From positions 29,297 to 93,296 of the forward strand of contig JBGTHM010000037.1 in NCBI GenBank assembly GCA_041746255.1: DNA of 64,000 nucleotides, written 5' to 3'. The notes beneath the pieces are model-generated. The model did no database searches and had not been told where the DNA came from. It saw nothing but the letters and a program-made list of their open reading frames with translations. Of this stretch, positions 42,047-53,311 are shown in pieces. This DNA comes from Fibrobacteria bacterium. Its GTDB lineage: Bacteria; Fibrobacterota; Fibrobacteria; UBA11236. How positions within the stretch are numbered: position 1 is the stretch's first letter; every line of letters starts with the position of its first letter. The position numbers and the translations under genes were made by a program.

Positions 42047-42844
42047 CTATCGACCCCCGCCCTCTCCAACCGCCTCGGGGCGGACGCATACCAAAGATCG
42101 GACCGGTAAGGATACGGATTGAATCCAGGGGCCCCGTGCGGTTTGCGCGAAAAAGCCGGTGGAGGGGCCGCCGTCAAGATTGAGCGCTCTTTCGGTGCGG
42201 AATCCGACCAGAGATTCTTCCTGGAGGAGGGACGCGAATTCAAACAGGGTCAGGGGACCTGTGGTTATCAATATTGGATTTCCGGATTCTGTGAGCGCAA
42301 CCGCGGTGCGGCGATGGCGACGCTTATTCGCTGAGCGGATACCCATTTCGCCGCCGGGTTCCACCAGAAAGGGCCAGGATTGGAGGGCGTAAGCGGTCGG
42401 GGGTTCGTCGTTCAAGAAGTCTTTGAGATTAAGCAGCGACAGCGCACCATCCGGAGCAACATGTAAAACGCCCGAGGGTTTTTGCCGATTGGGAGGATTG
42501 AACCGCTTCCCCGCGATAACCAGCAATCCCACGGGGGTGAATTCGGGGGTGTAATAACCTCCGTTTACGCCCGCAACGCAGCCGTGTTCTATTAAGTGGG
42601 ACTCCAATCCATCAGCGGGAAGCCATTTAGGCGCATCAATGAGGGAAACCGAGCCGAAGGCATCCCTACGGAAAATATGCAGGAGTACTTGGCGACCTTC
42701 TTGTTCAAGGTGCCTTTTCTGTGCCCATCCCGCTCCTTCGACACGGGCGCTGTCGACGGAAACCAATCGCCAGGAAAGAGGATTTGCGAGAATTACGGCG
42801 AAAGAGAAAAGCACGGAAATCGCCGAAAGTAAAATGGACCGCAT
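42047..42844 (-). CDS. Phosphodiester glycosidase (NAGPA) family secreted protein
   Basis: Signal peptide, VNGGYY, RTAVA, ALNLDGGPST. Confidence 0.85.
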   Translation of the reverse strand: MRSILLSAISVLFSFAVILANPLSWRLVSVDSARVEGAGWAQKRHLEQEGRQVLLHIFRRDAFGSVSLIDAPKWLPADGLESHLIEHGCVAGVNGGYYTPEFTPVGLLVIAGKRFNPPNRQKPSGVLHVAPDGALSLLNLKDFLNDEPPTAYALQSWPFLVEPGGEMGIRSANKRRHRRTAVALTESGNPILITTGPLTLFEFASLLQEESLVGFRTERALNLDGGPSTGFFAQTARGPWIQSVSLPVRSLVCVRPEAVGEGGGR

Positions 42845-42933
42845 GCCTATAAAGATAATGATTGTCCACCTATAGCTTACATTACTCCCGTGAGGCTTGA
42901 CGAAAACAGCTTTGAAATGCTTTTTCATTAACA

Positions 42934-43632
42934 ATGAAACAAGGTAACGATCCCCTGTTCGAAAAATTATTGGCCCTCGCTCCGGAATCGGACGAAGAGG
43001 CGCAGGAATTCCTGGATTTTTGTTGGGATTCCCTGTGGTTGGGCGATGACGAAATGGACGAGATCATGGGGAACTCGGAGTGCCGCAAACTCCTGGAAAG
43101 CGATATTCCCATTCTGTATTACCATTGGATGACGCTTTCCGAAGGCGGCGGGTTATACGACAAAGCCTTGACGGAATTTCAGGACAGATTCACTGAAGAC
43201 GAAATCCAGGAAATGCGAGGTCGGCTTGCGGGCCTGGCCGGCTTTTTTCGGGTACGTGAACTTTTCCCCGGAGAAAACCAGGTATTGGTGGAAGACATTC
43301 TTACTTCCGACTCGTATCGTCTGTTCGACAGAAAGTTAAGCCATGCCGATTCCTTGGGTTTGATTTCTGCCGGCCTTATTGTTAACCATCCTGACGGCAC
43401 CCGGTCCGCCCTTCACCCCTTTACCCTGATTGCCATTCCCGGCGACTTGCAGGGGCAGGTGGCGGAAAAGATAAGGGAGGAGTTTAAGGAGGAAAACCTG
43501 GTGCGGGCGGAAGAAGGGGATGCGAAACTGGAATCCATCTCCGCCTATATCAAAGCGAACTTGGAGGTGATTGCCCATATTACGCAATGGGTTTTGTACG
43601 AAACCCAGGTACGCAAAGGTTCCAAGCCTTAG
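42934..43632 (+). CDS. Hypothetical acidic protein
   Basis: 232-aa ORF filling the gap between genes; no family recognised. Confidence 0.65.
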   Translation: MKQGNDPLFEKLLALAPESDEEAQEFLDFCWDSLWLGDDEMDEIMGNSECRKLLESDIPILYYHWMTLSEGGGLYDKALTEFQDRFTEDEIQEMRGRLAGLAGFFRVRELFPGENQVLVEDILTSDSYRLFDRKLSHADSLGLISAGLIVNHPDGTRSALHPFTLIAIPGDLQGQVAEKIREEFKEENLVRAEEGDAKLESISAYIKANLEVIAHITQWVLYETQVRKGSKP

Positions 43633-43659
43633 AACGACAGGGTGGCAACCGCGAGGCCA

Positions 43660-45252
43660 TCATCTCGCCGCGAGGGCGAGTCCCACCAATCCCGCCATTA
43701 GTCCATAGAAAACCATCGGGAAAAAAGTGAAGCGGATGATGCTTCCTTCCTTCCCGGAAATGCCGACAACGGCCGCCGCCGCGACCACGTTCAGAACGCT
43801 CACCATGTTTCCCGCGTTCGAGCCCAATGCCTGCAACGACAAAACCACGGACGGAGCCAAATGTAAATCCTGCGCCACATTGAATTGCAGGAGCGCGAAC
43901 ATCATATTACTGAAGGTGGCGCTTCCCGAGAGAAACGCACCCAAGGCGCCCACAAAAGGCGCGGCCAAGGGCCAGCCCGCACCCGCGGTATGTGCTGCCA
44001 GTTCCGCCAATTCCAATGCCATACTGCCAAGTCCGAGCGTGTTTACGTCCGAATGGATGAAAAGCCGTACCATAGGGAGGGCTGCGCCCAGGGCGATTGT
44101 GCTGGGACCCAGGCGCCGGAACGATTGTCCCGCGACCCGCCCTACCGCATTGCCGGGTATTCCATGCAGGAAAAAGGTGAGAAAGGTGACGAGCATGAAG
44201 ATGGTGCCGGGAAGATAGAGCGGACTGAACGAAGCCCCTATGTCCGTGCCCAGGATGGAAGGCCAATCGACTTTCAGGCTTTGGAGGAAACTCCGCAACG
44301 GCAAGGTCGGGAGGCGGGTCGCCACTAGGATAAGCGCCACCAGGATATAGGGTGAAAATGCGACCAGGAAGGGAAGTTTTTTCCCGGTTATTTCAGTAAC
44401 CAGCGAGAGAGCCGGTCGATTCTCCCCTGCTTGCGGCGAAGTCCGTCGCAAACGGAGATAGCCCAAGAACAAAAATAGGCCCGTAAGCGCGCCGAGAAGG
44501 GACGGAAATTCCGGACCCAACCAGGCCGCAACGAGATAGGACGGCACCGTGAAAGCCAAGCCGGCCAGAAGGGCGGTGGGAGCAAATCGCAAACCTTCGG
44601 TCCAGCTTCCATCCTCCTTGAAAAAACGTGTATACAGGCAGACCAGTAGCACGGGAATCAAACTGCCGATTCCGATGTTGACTCCCGCCACCAAAGTAGC
44701 CACCGATTGCAGTAACTCTCCGGTTGCGGCCTCCGGCACGCCGGCCAGACCTTGCTCCAAACCGATTATCACCGGGGTTCCCGCGGCTCCAAAGGTTACG
44801 GGCACGCTATTGGCGATAAGGGCGAGCACCACCGCACCGAGTGGCGAAAAACCCAGCGCGGTCAATAAGGGCGCGGCGATGGCGGCGGGCGTGCCGAAGC
44901 CTGCCGCCCCTTCCAAAAAGGCTCCGAAAAACCAGACGACGAGCAAGAGTTGCACTTTGGGGTCGGGACTGGCGGCTGCCAACTGCATGCGGATGGCGTC
45001 CATGGCGCCCGATAATTGCATGGTATTCAATAGCAGGAGCGCGCCCAGAACTATCCAAAGAATGGTTCCCGCGATGACGAGACCTTCGAGGGTTGCCGCA
45101 GCCATCTGGATGTAGGGAACTTTCCAGATAAAGGCCGTAGCCAGCGCAGTCAGGCCGAAGCACAGGGGCATGGCTCGTGCGGCCGGCCAACGCAGAATCG
45201 CCAGGAAAAGAAAAGTGGAAAGAATCGGCGTTAAAGCCGCAAGCAGAATCAA
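43660..45252 (-). CDS. lctP: L-lactate permease
   Basis: [46 protein letters not shown]; many TM helices. Confidence 0.9.
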   Translation of the reverse strand: MILLAALTPILSTFLFLAILRWPAARAMPLCFGLTALATAFIWKVPYIQMAAATLEGLVIAGTILWIVLGALLLLNTMQLSGAMDAIRMQLAAASPDPKVQLLLVVWFFGAFLEGAAGFGTPAAIAAPLLTALGFSPLGAVVLALIANSVPVTFGAAGTPVIIGLEQGLAGVPEAATGELLQSVATLVAGVNIGIGSLIPVLLVCLYTRFFKEDGSWTEGLRFAPTALLAGLAFTVPSYLVAAWLGPEFPSLLGALTGLFLFLGYLRLRRTSPQAGENRPALSLVTEITGKKLPFLVAFSPYILVALILVATRLPTLPLRSFLQSLKVDWPSILGTDIGASFSPLYLPGTIFMLVTFLTFFLHGIPGNAVGRVAGQSFRRLGPSTIALGAALPMVRLFIHSDVNTLGLGSMALELAELAAHTAGAGWPLAAPFVGALGAFLSGSATFSNMMFALLQFNVAQDLHLAPSVVLSLQALGSNAGNMVSVLNVVAAAAVVGISGKEGSIIRFTFFPMVFYGLMAGLVGLALAAR

Positions 45253-45255
45253 GCC

Positions 45256-46155
45256 CTATCTCTCGCATTCACGTGCGTAGAGCTCACGCAGTCTCCGGAA
45301 TATCGGACCCACCCGACCATCTCCCACCGGAGTTTTATCGATACGGGTTATCGGTACAATGCCTCGCACCGACGAACTCAAAAAGGCCTCGTCCATTTTC
45401 GGTATGGAAGAAGGTAAAATGCGAGTCTCCGCGAACGGCAGGTTGCGGCGGCGCAGTAAAGCGAGAATCACTTCGCGGGTGATGCCGGGCAGGATGCCGG
45501 TCTCGATGGAGGGGGTGAGAATTTTTCCGCCCATCACGCAGAAAAAACTGGCCGTACTGAGTTCGGCGATTTCACCTGCCGGGCCGAGCAAAATGCTTTC
45601 ATAGCAACCCTTTTTGTCGCCCTCGGCCTTGGCCAGGATGTTGGCCAGATAATTCGTGGACTTGATGCGGGGGTCGAGTCCCGAGGCCGCCGCTTTGTTG
45701 ATGGAAGAAATAGCCACCTTCACGCCTTCTTCATAAAGGCCGGGCGGTACCGAAACCGGCGAGACCGTGACGATAAGAGAAGGCGGAGTCTTGGGATCGA
45801 TGCTTAAAGTACCCGTATAACGACCGCGGGTCAAAGTGATGCGCACCGCCGCGTCGGCGAGATGGCTCTTGCGGCAGAGTTGTTCCACCAGCATGGCAAG
45901 TTCCGGTTCGCTAAGCGGCAAGGAAATAAGCAGACGGCGAGCGGAGCGTTTGAGGCGCCTATAATGGCGGGAAAAGAATTGGGGTTGGAAGTCGACGGCC
46001 CGCAAGGTTTCGAAAAGACCGTCTCCCAGCACCAAGCCCCGGTCGAAAACCGAAATCGAAGCGCTGTCGGCCGGAGTAATGACTCCGTTCACGTAGGCAT
46101 AAGGCCCAAAGGCCTTCGCGCTTCCGCCGGCTCTGCGCTTAACCACTTTTTTCAT
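45256..46155 (-). CDS. Class IV PLP aminotransferase (IlvE/PabC/Dat family)
   Basis: DRGLVLGDGLFET, KSTNY, GILPGITR, DEAFLSSS. Confidence 0.92.
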   Translation of the reverse strand: MKKVVKRRAGGSAKAFGPYAYVNGVITPADSASISVFDRGLVLGDGLFETLRAVDFQPQFFSRHYRRLKRSARRLLISLPLSEPELAMLVEQLCRKSHLADAAVRITLTRGRYTGTLSIDPKTPPSLIVTVSPVSVPPGLYEEGVKVAISSINKAAASGLDPRIKSTNYLANILAKAEGDKKGCYESILLGPAGEIAELSTASFFCVMGGKILTPSIETGILPGITREVILALLRRRNLPFAETRILPSSIPKMDEAFLSSSVRGIVPITRIDKTPVGDGRVGPIFRRLRELYARECER

Positions 46156-49100
46156 GGGCGCGAACTCCCATGCGACAGGGGGATACCTTTTTCCCGTGGA
46201 GCATGGCTTCCCAGCAAGCCATTATATAAGCCGAAAGAGAAGCCGAAGCTGATACGCGTGGCTCGGGTGTCCAAAGACGCGCCGCGCGGCAGGGCGATTT
46301 CAATGTTTTCCACCTTTTCCAATCCCTCCGGGCCCGAAAGCCGGTTTAAAGCCGTGGCCGCTTCAAAATAAATCAAAAAAGGATAGTTATGGTAGATGCG
46401 CGCGTTTAGCTTGAGCCCCCAGCCCACCGACTGGCGCCAGGCATCGGCGCGGCGGCTATCATCCCAATAAGCGGCTGAAAAGAGCTGGGAATCGTATAGC
46501 TTTCCGTTCCAGGCGCGGCCCGCTTCCCAAAACAGATGGCCGTAAAGGTCTTCCACGAAAAGCACCCAGTATTTTTTATAAATGTCCGAAATCAATGGCT
46601 GGTTCAAGTCCAGGCTCAGCTGCGCGACGTTTTCCCCCTGGAAGGCCAGATTTTCCACGTCGCGGAGATAGGGATAACCCCGCAAAAACAACCCCTTGGA
46701 AAAGAAGCTGTCGAGCGTATCGGGTGCGCCCATGGGATTATTATAAGTCCAGTCAATGATGGAACCGGTATGGGCCGTGAGCAGCAGGGAGCTATGCTTG
46801 GAGCCGGGCAGCGATACCCCGTAGGTGAAAGCGAGATTGGCTTCCTGCAAATCATATTCACGAAAGCGGGTTTTCAAGATGCCGTCTTCGATTACGAAGG
46901 TTTCCCGGAAACTGCCTTGGCGGACCAGTTCGGAGCGATTGAAAGTATACGACCCCCCCGCGGCCATGCCTTTGGGGGCTACGCGGCCCTTGTCGGAATA
47001 GCTTGGGCTGTAAAGGTTCAGGCCTCCCGTAACATACAGGTTGCGGTAATAGGTGAATGAAAATGGGAAGTCGTAGAAATTGAACTCGTTCCAACTATAA
47101 CCTCCGGCCAGGTGGACGAAGTTCGATTTTTCATAATCGCTCACCGCCTGGGCGTTGAACAGCTCATAGCTGGCGTTGACTTCGGCGTTACGCAACGAAA
47201 GCGCGTAATTCTGCCGCTCCACCCGGCTTCCTCCCGCCAAATTGACGTCCTTGATGGTAATGGTATCGTGGGTCACCACGTTGGCTCGGAAAAAAGCGGC
47301 GCCCAGCGAAACCGGAAGCGAATGGTTTCTAAGCGATAAAAAGAGCTGCGACTCCTTGTCGGGATTCAGCAATTCACTGTGGGCCCCGAAATAATCGAAT
47401 CCGTTTCCGATTTCAAAAAGTAGCGCGCCGTTCAATTCATTTTTGTTGAGCGGGTCGTTCACCAGGGCGGAAACGCCCGCCAAAACCTTCGTTTCCCCCT
47501 TGCGCGCCAAGCGCGTGGTCGCGGCCATTTCCTGTCCGTAAAGGATGGGGCTCACAATGAACCGATTGGGTAGGGCCGCGTAGGGCTGGCTTTTATCGCC
47601 GAAGTCGAGCGGTGCGATGCGGGTGGTGTCGCGGTGGCGTATGGCCGGTTCGCCGCCCGCGGAGGGATTGATGAGGGCGCTCATGTGGGGAAGCAGATAC
47701 AGGGAAAATCCATCCTTGTCGTAATTGACATAGGCCAGTTGGGAGCCGTCGGGCTTGATGGCGGGAGAGAAGGCGCCGCCCGCCACATTGGTGATGGCTT
47801 GCACCTGGTTGCGGGCGAATACATAACGGTAGATGTTGTAAATACCGGTGCTGTCGGAGGAGTAGAAGAAAGAATTTCCGTCCGGATGCCATTCCGGGTC
47901 GCGCTCGTCATGGGGCATGGAAAGCAGCGGCTCGAAATTGCCGCCGTCGGCGTCGATGATGCCTACGTTGCGGGAGTAGCCATCGAAATAGGAGAACAGG
48001 ATGCGCTTTCCGTCGGGGGAGAAACGGGGCGTGTATACGTTGAAGCCGAACCGGCCGTCCAAAAACTCGGGGGATGGAAAGAGCGTCTTGATTGCGTCCG
48101 TGTCGAGCTTATCCCCTTCGGGCACGGGAGCGGTGCAAAGGAAGAAATTGGAGAGTTCGTGACGCACAAAGACGATGGTCTTGCCGTCGGGGCTGTAGGA
48201 GGCATGCGCCGCGTTCAGATCTTCCGTGAAACGTTTTTGGGTCTTATCCTTGCCGAATTCCCACAGGGGTTTTTCGCGCTTCAAATTTTGGGAATAGATA
48301 TCGAGGGTGGGTATGGCGTGGGGATTTTTATCGCGGGTTGAGGAAAACAGAAAAGTACTGTCGTCCCGCGCGATGTCGAAGTAGCCGCGTACCGCGCCGC
48401 TGACCGCCTTCATCCGCTCCTCCTTGGGTTTGGCGGTGTCGGAGGGAGACATGCGGTAAAGCGTGGCCCTGAAATTGTCCCGGTCTTGGTTCGAGACGAA
48501 ATAGAGGCTGTCGCCCTGGGTATTCCAGCGCGGGTAATAATTGTAAAAGCTTTCGGAGGTGAGTTTGCGTCCGTAGACCTGATGTCCCAGGGCCTTCACC
48601 TGCTCGGTGTAATGGGAGGTCATTTCGCCACTCCAATCGCGCCAAAGTTCTTCGCCCTTTTTTCCCACCACGCGAAGTAGTGTTCCGGAAAGCGTCTGCC
48701 GGTGGATGCGCGCGTTCTCGGACCAAAGCTTCACCATGGCGTCGTCTCCAAACCGCCGGGCCAGGTAGTTCACGAAAGCGAATCCCTGGGTATAAGGTCC
48801 TTGTTCGTATTCGAGACTATTGCCCGCGAAGGAACCCATACGGGGATAACTGAGGAGGCGATCTTCCAGCACGGCGATGCGCAGCAGCATGTCGCGATGC
48901 GAATCCCATGCGTCGAACCCTGAAAGTCCCGATTCGTATTGGGCCATTCCCTCGGCGAACCAATTCGGTTGATGGGTGAAAGGAAAGATGGTGGCGAAGG
49001 ACGCCTGGACGGGCTCGTTGTAATAATCCTGATAACCGATGACCAAACCTTGCAACCAGCTCGGCAATTTGCTGCCGCTTTGAATGGAAACCAAATGGGC

Positions 49101-49493
49101 GTACTCGTGGGTGATGACGTCCTTGAGCCAATTGTGCGTGCTGCGAATGGGAAAATCCCAATCGGCCACCCATACGGTCATGATATTCTGGAGCGAGTTG
49201 GCCCATCCGTTGGAGAAAACATCCTCACGGATGATGAACTCCACTTTCGAGGGTAAGCGGATATTGTAACGCGCCTGTTTTTCCCGGGCCACGCTTTCGG
49301 CAATTCCGGCGATGTATTCCGCGACGGGCTCCAGCGACTTCGCATAATGAAAGCGGAAGTGTTCGGTTTCTACCGTCTTCCATTCGAGGTGGGCCTCGTT
49401 GCGGTTGAAGGAAGATGCATGCGCCTGTCCCGGAGGAGTGAACAACCCAAAAAGGAGGCAGAGCGCCCCCGAAAGCCCGTATCGGCCCAACAT
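46152..49493 (-). CDS. Secreted/OM protein: zincin-like domain + TolB/PD40 propeller + probable C-terminal beta-barrel
   Basis: Signal peptide, WKTVETEHF, HEYAH...WFAEGMAQY, repeated SPDG/HPDG, LRGY motif near the C-terminus. Confidence 0.75.
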   Translation of the reverse strand: MLGRYGLSGALCLLFGLFTPPGQAHASSFNRNEAHLEWKTVETEHFRFHYAKSLEPVAEYIAGIAESVAREKQARYNIRLPSKVEFIIREDVFSNGWANSLQNIMTVWVADWDFPIRSTHNWLKDVITHEYAHLVSIQSGSKLPSWLQGLVIGYQDYYNEPVQASFATIFPFTHQPNWFAEGMAQYESGLSGFDAWDSHRDMLLRIAVLEDRLLSYPRMGSFAGNSLEYEQGPYTQGFAFVNYLARRFGDDAMVKLWSENARIHRQTLSGTLLRVVGKKGEELWRDWSGEMTSHYTEQVKALGHQVYGRKLTSESFYNYYPRWNTQGDSLYFVSNQDRDNFRATLYRMSPSDTAKPKEERMKAVSGAVRGYFDIARDDSTFLFSSTRDKNPHAIPTLDIYSQNLKREKPLWEFGKDKTQKRFTEDLNAAHASYSPDGKTIVFVRHELSNFFLCTAPVPEGDKLDTDAIKTLFPSPEFLDGRFGFNVYTPRFSPDGKRILFSYFDGYSRNVGIIDADGGNFEPLLSMPHDERDPEWHPDGNSFFYSSDSTGIYNIYRYVFARNQVQAITNVAGGAFSPAIKPDGSQLAYVNYDKDGFSLYLLPHMSALINPSAGGEPAIRHRDTTRIAPLDFGDKSQPYAALPNRFIVSPILYGQEMAATTRLARKGETKVLAGVSALVNDPLNKNELNGALLFEIGNGFDYFGAHSELLNPDKESQLFLSLRNHSLPVSLGAAFFRANVVTHDTITIKDVNLAGGSRVERQNYALSLRNAEVNASYELFNAQAVSDYEKSNFVHLAGGYSWNEFNFYDFPFSFTYYRNLYVTGGLNLYSPSYSDKGRVAPKGMAAGGSYTFNRSELVRQGSFRETFVIEDGILKTRFREYDLQEANLAFTYGVSLPGSKHSSLLLTAHTGSIIDWTYNNPMGAPDTLDSFFSKGLFLRGYPYLRDVENLAFQGENVAQLSLDLNQPLISDIYKKYWVLFVEDLYGHLFWEAGRAWNGKLYDSQLFSAAYWDDSRRADAWRQSVGWGLKLNARIYHNYPFLIYFEAATALNRLSGPEGLEKVENIEIALPRGASLDTRATRISFGFSFGLYNGLLGSHAPREKGIPLSHGSSRP

Positions 49494-49560
49494 AACCCCC
49501 CTTGGATTTGCGATAGCCTAATAGTGTACAAAATCGGGGCCTCTTATTAAATTCCTCAGT

Positions 49561-51039
49561 TTGCCAGATGAATTTCTGGAGGCCTTATTGGCGAGCTTCA
49601 CCGAACGTTACCATGAACTCACAAAGTACCACCCCGAAACCATCGACAAGTTGGGTTCCGTGCTTTGGGAGCAACAGCCGCCGCCTTTCAAGGAAATCCA
49701 TTCCGAGCGTAAAATCGATCTCACCCCCTATGTGAAATCCTTGTCCGATACCCTCAAGGAGGAGGAAGCCCATCCCGATTGGGGAAAGTGGATAGAAGAA
49801 GGTCGGCTCGAGGCGATAGCCCCCCTGCTGTTTTTCACCTTGGGCATCACCGCCCGCTTGGCGACCCAGGCGGGAACCGACTTTTTTCTCCGTGCGGCGC
49901 CTTCGGCCGGCGGACTTTACCCCACCGAAGTTTATATTGCCGTGAGGCGCAGCCGGGATTTGCCCGACGGCATCTACCATTATCACTCGCTGCGTTCCTG
50001 CCTGGTTCCGGTATGGCAGGGCGATTTTTGGGCCGACCTCGATCATTATTTTCTGAATCAAGCGCCGGTACAATCCAGTAATTGCATTGCGCTTTTCACG
50101 GGGATTTACGGCCGCAGCGCCTGGCGCTACAAGGAGCGCGCCTATCGCCGCATCCTCCTGGATACCGGACATGCCGCGGGCAACATGCTCGAAGTCTGCG
50201 AACGGGCGCGCATTCGTTTCGCGCTATTGGGCGGCTTTCTCGATTCCGGTCTGGAAGAACTTTTTTTCCTCACAGCCAAGGAGGAATTCCCCCTGCTGGG
50301 AATCGCCTTAGGCGCCCACCTGCAGCCTGGATCTCCCGTGCAATACGCGAGCGACCCTCCCAAAGAAGCCATTCGGCACGCTTCTCCCAATGAACCGATG
50401 CAGGTGCAGCAAAACAGTTGTGAGCGGGTTTTTTCCGACAGACCGCTCCACCTTCCCGCTGGCCCCGTCAGTGAGCTCATGGAATTTCAGGCCTCCGGAT
50501 ACAACCCCTTCCGTACCATTGTGCAAAGGCGGAGCTGTCGGCAATTTTCCGGCGCTGCCATCGATCCCATGGTTTTACAGGAAGTGCTGTCCCACTCCTT
50601 CCGTTCCATGCCCGACCTATGGCGACTGGCGCCTTCCCGGCTCGACTTCCATTTACTGGTGCTCAACGTTGAAGGCATGGAGCAAGGCGTATACCATTTC
50701 CGTCCGGAAACGGGAAAGTTGATGCCGCAGCGACTCGGAGATTTCCGGGAAGAAGCGCTGCAAATCTGCCTCGGGCAGGAGTTGGCGTCGGATAGCGCCT
50801 GTATCCTTTTTTATACCAGCGACCTCGATGCCCTGACCCAGGATTATGGCGACAGGGGATACCGGTATGTCGGTCTCGACGCCGGTCAAATCGGGGAGCG
50901 TATCAACCTCTGGGCTGTCCACCGCGGGCTGGGCTCCAGTGGCATCGGCGGGTATTACGACGATAAAATAAACGCACTTTTGGAATTACCGCTTTCCATG
51001 GGGGTCATTTACCTCACCCTTTTGGGAGCGCCCCAATAA
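49561..51039 (+). CDS. SagB/ThcOx-type tandem nitroreductase-fold protein
   Basis: YHELTKY, RAAPSAGGLYPTEVY, WRYKERAYR..LLDTGH, second domain RRSCRQF...YGDRGYRY..LDAG. Confidence 0.88.
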   Translation: MPDEFLEALLASFTERYHELTKYHPETIDKLGSVLWEQQPPPFKEIHSERKIDLTPYVKSLSDTLKEEEAHPDWGKWIEEGRLEAIAPLLFFTLGITARLATQAGTDFFLRAAPSAGGLYPTEVYIAVRRSRDLPDGIYHYHSLRSCLVPVWQGDFWADLDHYFLNQAPVQSSNCIALFTGIYGRSAWRYKERAYRRILLDTGHAAGNMLEVCERARIRFALLGGFLDSGLEELFFLTAKEEFPLLGIALGAHLQPGSPVQYASDPPKEAIRHASPNEPMQVQQNSCERVFSDRPLHLPAGPVSELMEFQASGYNPFRTIVQRRSCRQFSGAAIDPMVLQEVLSHSFRSMPDLWRLAPSRLDFHLLVLNVEGMEQGVYHFRPETGKLMPQRLGDFREEALQICLGQELASDSACILFYTSDLDALTQDYGDRGYRYVGLDAGQIGERINLWAVHRGLGSSGIGGYYDDKINALLELPLSMGVIYLTLLGAPQ

Positions 51040-51064
51040 AGCCTCTCACCGTTCTTGGTAGATT

Positions 51065-52498
51065 ATGAACCCCGATATGCAGCTCTACAATACCGCCTCG
51101 CGCCGCAAGGATAAATTCACGCCTCTGACTCCGGGGATAGTGCGAATGTACTGTTGCGGACCCACTGTCTACCATTTCGCCCACATCGGAAATTTGCGCA
51201 CCTACGTTTTCGAGGACATGCTTCGACGCGTGCTGGAATACGCCGGGTATACGGTACAGCATGTGGTTAACATCACCGATGTGGGCCATCTCACCTCCGA
51301 CGCCGATACCGGCGAAGACAAAATGGAGAAGGGCGCCCGCCGCGAAGGCAAGAGCGTATGGGACATCGCCGATTTCTATACCCGCGCCTTTCAAAAGGAT
51401 TGGGACAGATTGGGGCTGCTGCAGCCTTCGCAATGGACCAAGGCCACCGACAATATCGCCGAGCAAATCGATCTCATCCGCGCTTTGGAGGATAAGGGCT
51501 TCGCCTACGTTATCGCAGGTGACGGGGTGTATTTCGATACGGCGCGTTTTCCCGGTTACGGAGAATTCGCCGGCCTCGACATCGAGGGAATGCAGGCCGG
51601 AGCGCGAATCGGAGTCGTCGCCGGCAAACGGAACATCACCGACTTCGCCCTGTGGAAATTTTCTCCCGGCGACGTGCAGCGGGCCATGGAATGGGAGTCT
51701 CCCTGGGGCAAAGGCTTTCCCGGCTGGCATGTCGAATGTTCGGCCATGGCGCTTAAATACCTGGGCGAGACCCTCGACATCCATTGCGGAGGCGTCGACC
51801 ATATCCGTGTGCACCATACCAACGAAATCGCCCAATCCCAATGCGCCACCGGGAAAATCTTCTCGCGTTTCTGGCTACACGGCGGCTGGCTTTTGCAAAA
51901 GTCCGACGAAGAAAACGGCGGCGGAAAAATGTCTAAGTCTTCCGGTGAGTTCATTACCCTGGAATCGACTTTGGACCGGGGATTCAGTCCCTTGGATTTC
52001 CGCTATTTATGCTTGACGGCGCATTATCGCAACTATTTGAATTTCAGCTGGGAAGGATTGACCACCGCCCGGGATTCGTTGCGCAATCTGCGAAAGAAAA
52101 CCGCCCCCTTGAGCGGTTTGGCGGGAACTCCGGCTTCGGAAACGGCACATGCATGGGAAGAGCGTTTCCAGGAAGCTGTTTATGATGATTTGAACCTGTC
52201 CCAGGCCTTGGCCGTTGTCAATCTCATGCTAAAAGACGCGGATCTTCCCGAAAGCGAGAAAGCGGCTTTAACATCGCGCTTCGATAAAGTTCTGGGTCTC
52301 GATTTACTGGCGCCTTCCCAAGCTTCCGACGGGGCCGCACTTCCCGCCGATTTGCAATCCCTGTTCGATGAGCGCTTACAAGCCCGTCGAGACAAGAACT
52401 ACAAACGCAGCGACGAAATCCGCGATCTCCTCCGGGCCCATGGTATCATCCTTAAAGACAGTCCCGAAGGTGGCACTTGGGAGAAGGCAACGGGGTAA
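51065..52498 (+). CDS. cysS: Cysteine-tRNA ligase
   Basis: CGPTVY, HIGN, PGWHVECSAM, KMSKS. Confidence 0.97.
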   Translation: MNPDMQLYNTASRRKDKFTPLTPGIVRMYCCGPTVYHFAHIGNLRTYVFEDMLRRVLEYAGYTVQHVVNITDVGHLTSDADTGEDKMEKGARREGKSVWDIADFYTRAFQKDWDRLGLLQPSQWTKATDNIAEQIDLIRALEDKGFAYVIAGDGVYFDTARFPGYGEFAGLDIEGMQAGARIGVVAGKRNITDFALWKFSPGDVQRAMEWESPWGKGFPGWHVECSAMALKYLGETLDIHCGGVDHIRVHHTNEIAQSQCATGKIFSRFWLHGGWLLQKSDEENGGGKMSKSSGEFITLESTLDRGFSPLDFRYLCLTAHYRNYLNFSWEGLTTARDSLRNLRKKTAPLSGLAGTPASETAHAWEERFQEAVYDDLNLSQALAVVNLMLKDADLPESEKAALTSRFDKVLGLDLLAPSQASDGAALPADLQSLFDERLQARRDKNYKRSDEIRDLLRAHGIILKDSPEGGTWEKATG

Positions 52499-52601
52499 CC
52501 GCCACGGGTCTTGCCCGGCCCGGTCAATAATTTCTATTTATGGTGAACAATCGGAATAAACGGAGGTCTTTCATCCCTCCCATCAGAAAGAACGGCGCGA
52601 A

Positions 52602-53192
52602 ATGAATTCCAGACTGCAAAAGGAAAAGGAAAAAGAGGAAGCGGCCCCCCCCTTGGCGCGGGAGATTGCCGAATCCTTCATCAAGGCCCGCAAGATATTT
52701 CTCTGGTCGCAGGTGGACGACGAGACCGGGGAAAAAATCGTGAAGCAAATGCTTTATCTCGATTCCTTGAACCACGATGACATTCTGTTTTTCATCAATA
52801 GCCCCGGAGGAGTCATTTCTTCCGGCTTGGCCATATACGATTGCATGCAAGCCATCAAATCCGACGTGGTCACCATTTGCAGCGGACAGGCGGCCAGCAT
52901 GGGCGCCGTACTTCTGGCCGCCGGAACCAAAGGCAAACGGATAAGCTGGAACAATTCCCGCGTCATGATCCACCAACCCTTGATAGCCGGGCAAATGTTC
53001 GGGCCCGCCTCCGACATTCAAATCCAGGCGGAAGAAATGGTGCGGGTAAGGCAGACTTTGAACCGCATCCTTTCGCACCACACCGGGGTTTCCGAAGAGC
53101 AAATCGAACTCGATACCGACAGAGACCGGTTTTTCACCTCCGAAGAGGCGAAAAAATACGGTTTGGTCGATATCGTGGAAAACCGTCTGTAA
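52602..53192 (+). CDS. clpP: Second ClpP paralog
   Basis: FINSPGG, AASMG, MIHQP, DTDRD. Confidence 0.93.
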   Translation: MNSRLQKEKEKEEAAPPLAREIAESFIKARKIFLWSQVDDETGEKIVKQMLYLDSLNHDDILFFINSPGGVISSGLAIYDCMQAIKSDVVTICSGQAASMGAVLLAAGTKGKRISWNNSRVMIHQPLIAGQMFGPASDIQIQAEEMVRVRQTLNRILSHHTGVSEEQIELDTDRDRFFTSEEAKKYGLVDIVENRL

Positions 53193-53311
53193 CAGCCCAC
53201 CGAACCCGCCTAAAAACCAACTGGTAAAACCCCTTTTCTTTCGCGGGGGTTCCATGCTACAATTGCCGAAACACGCGTATTTATTCCGTAAGACCAGAGG
53301 CGGCCCGTACC

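Noticed and set aside
49561..51039. SagB/ThcOx gene as a marker of a RiPP (azole peptide) cluster
   Set aside because: No YcaO, precursor peptide or transporter nearby; the neighbours are cysS and an OM protein
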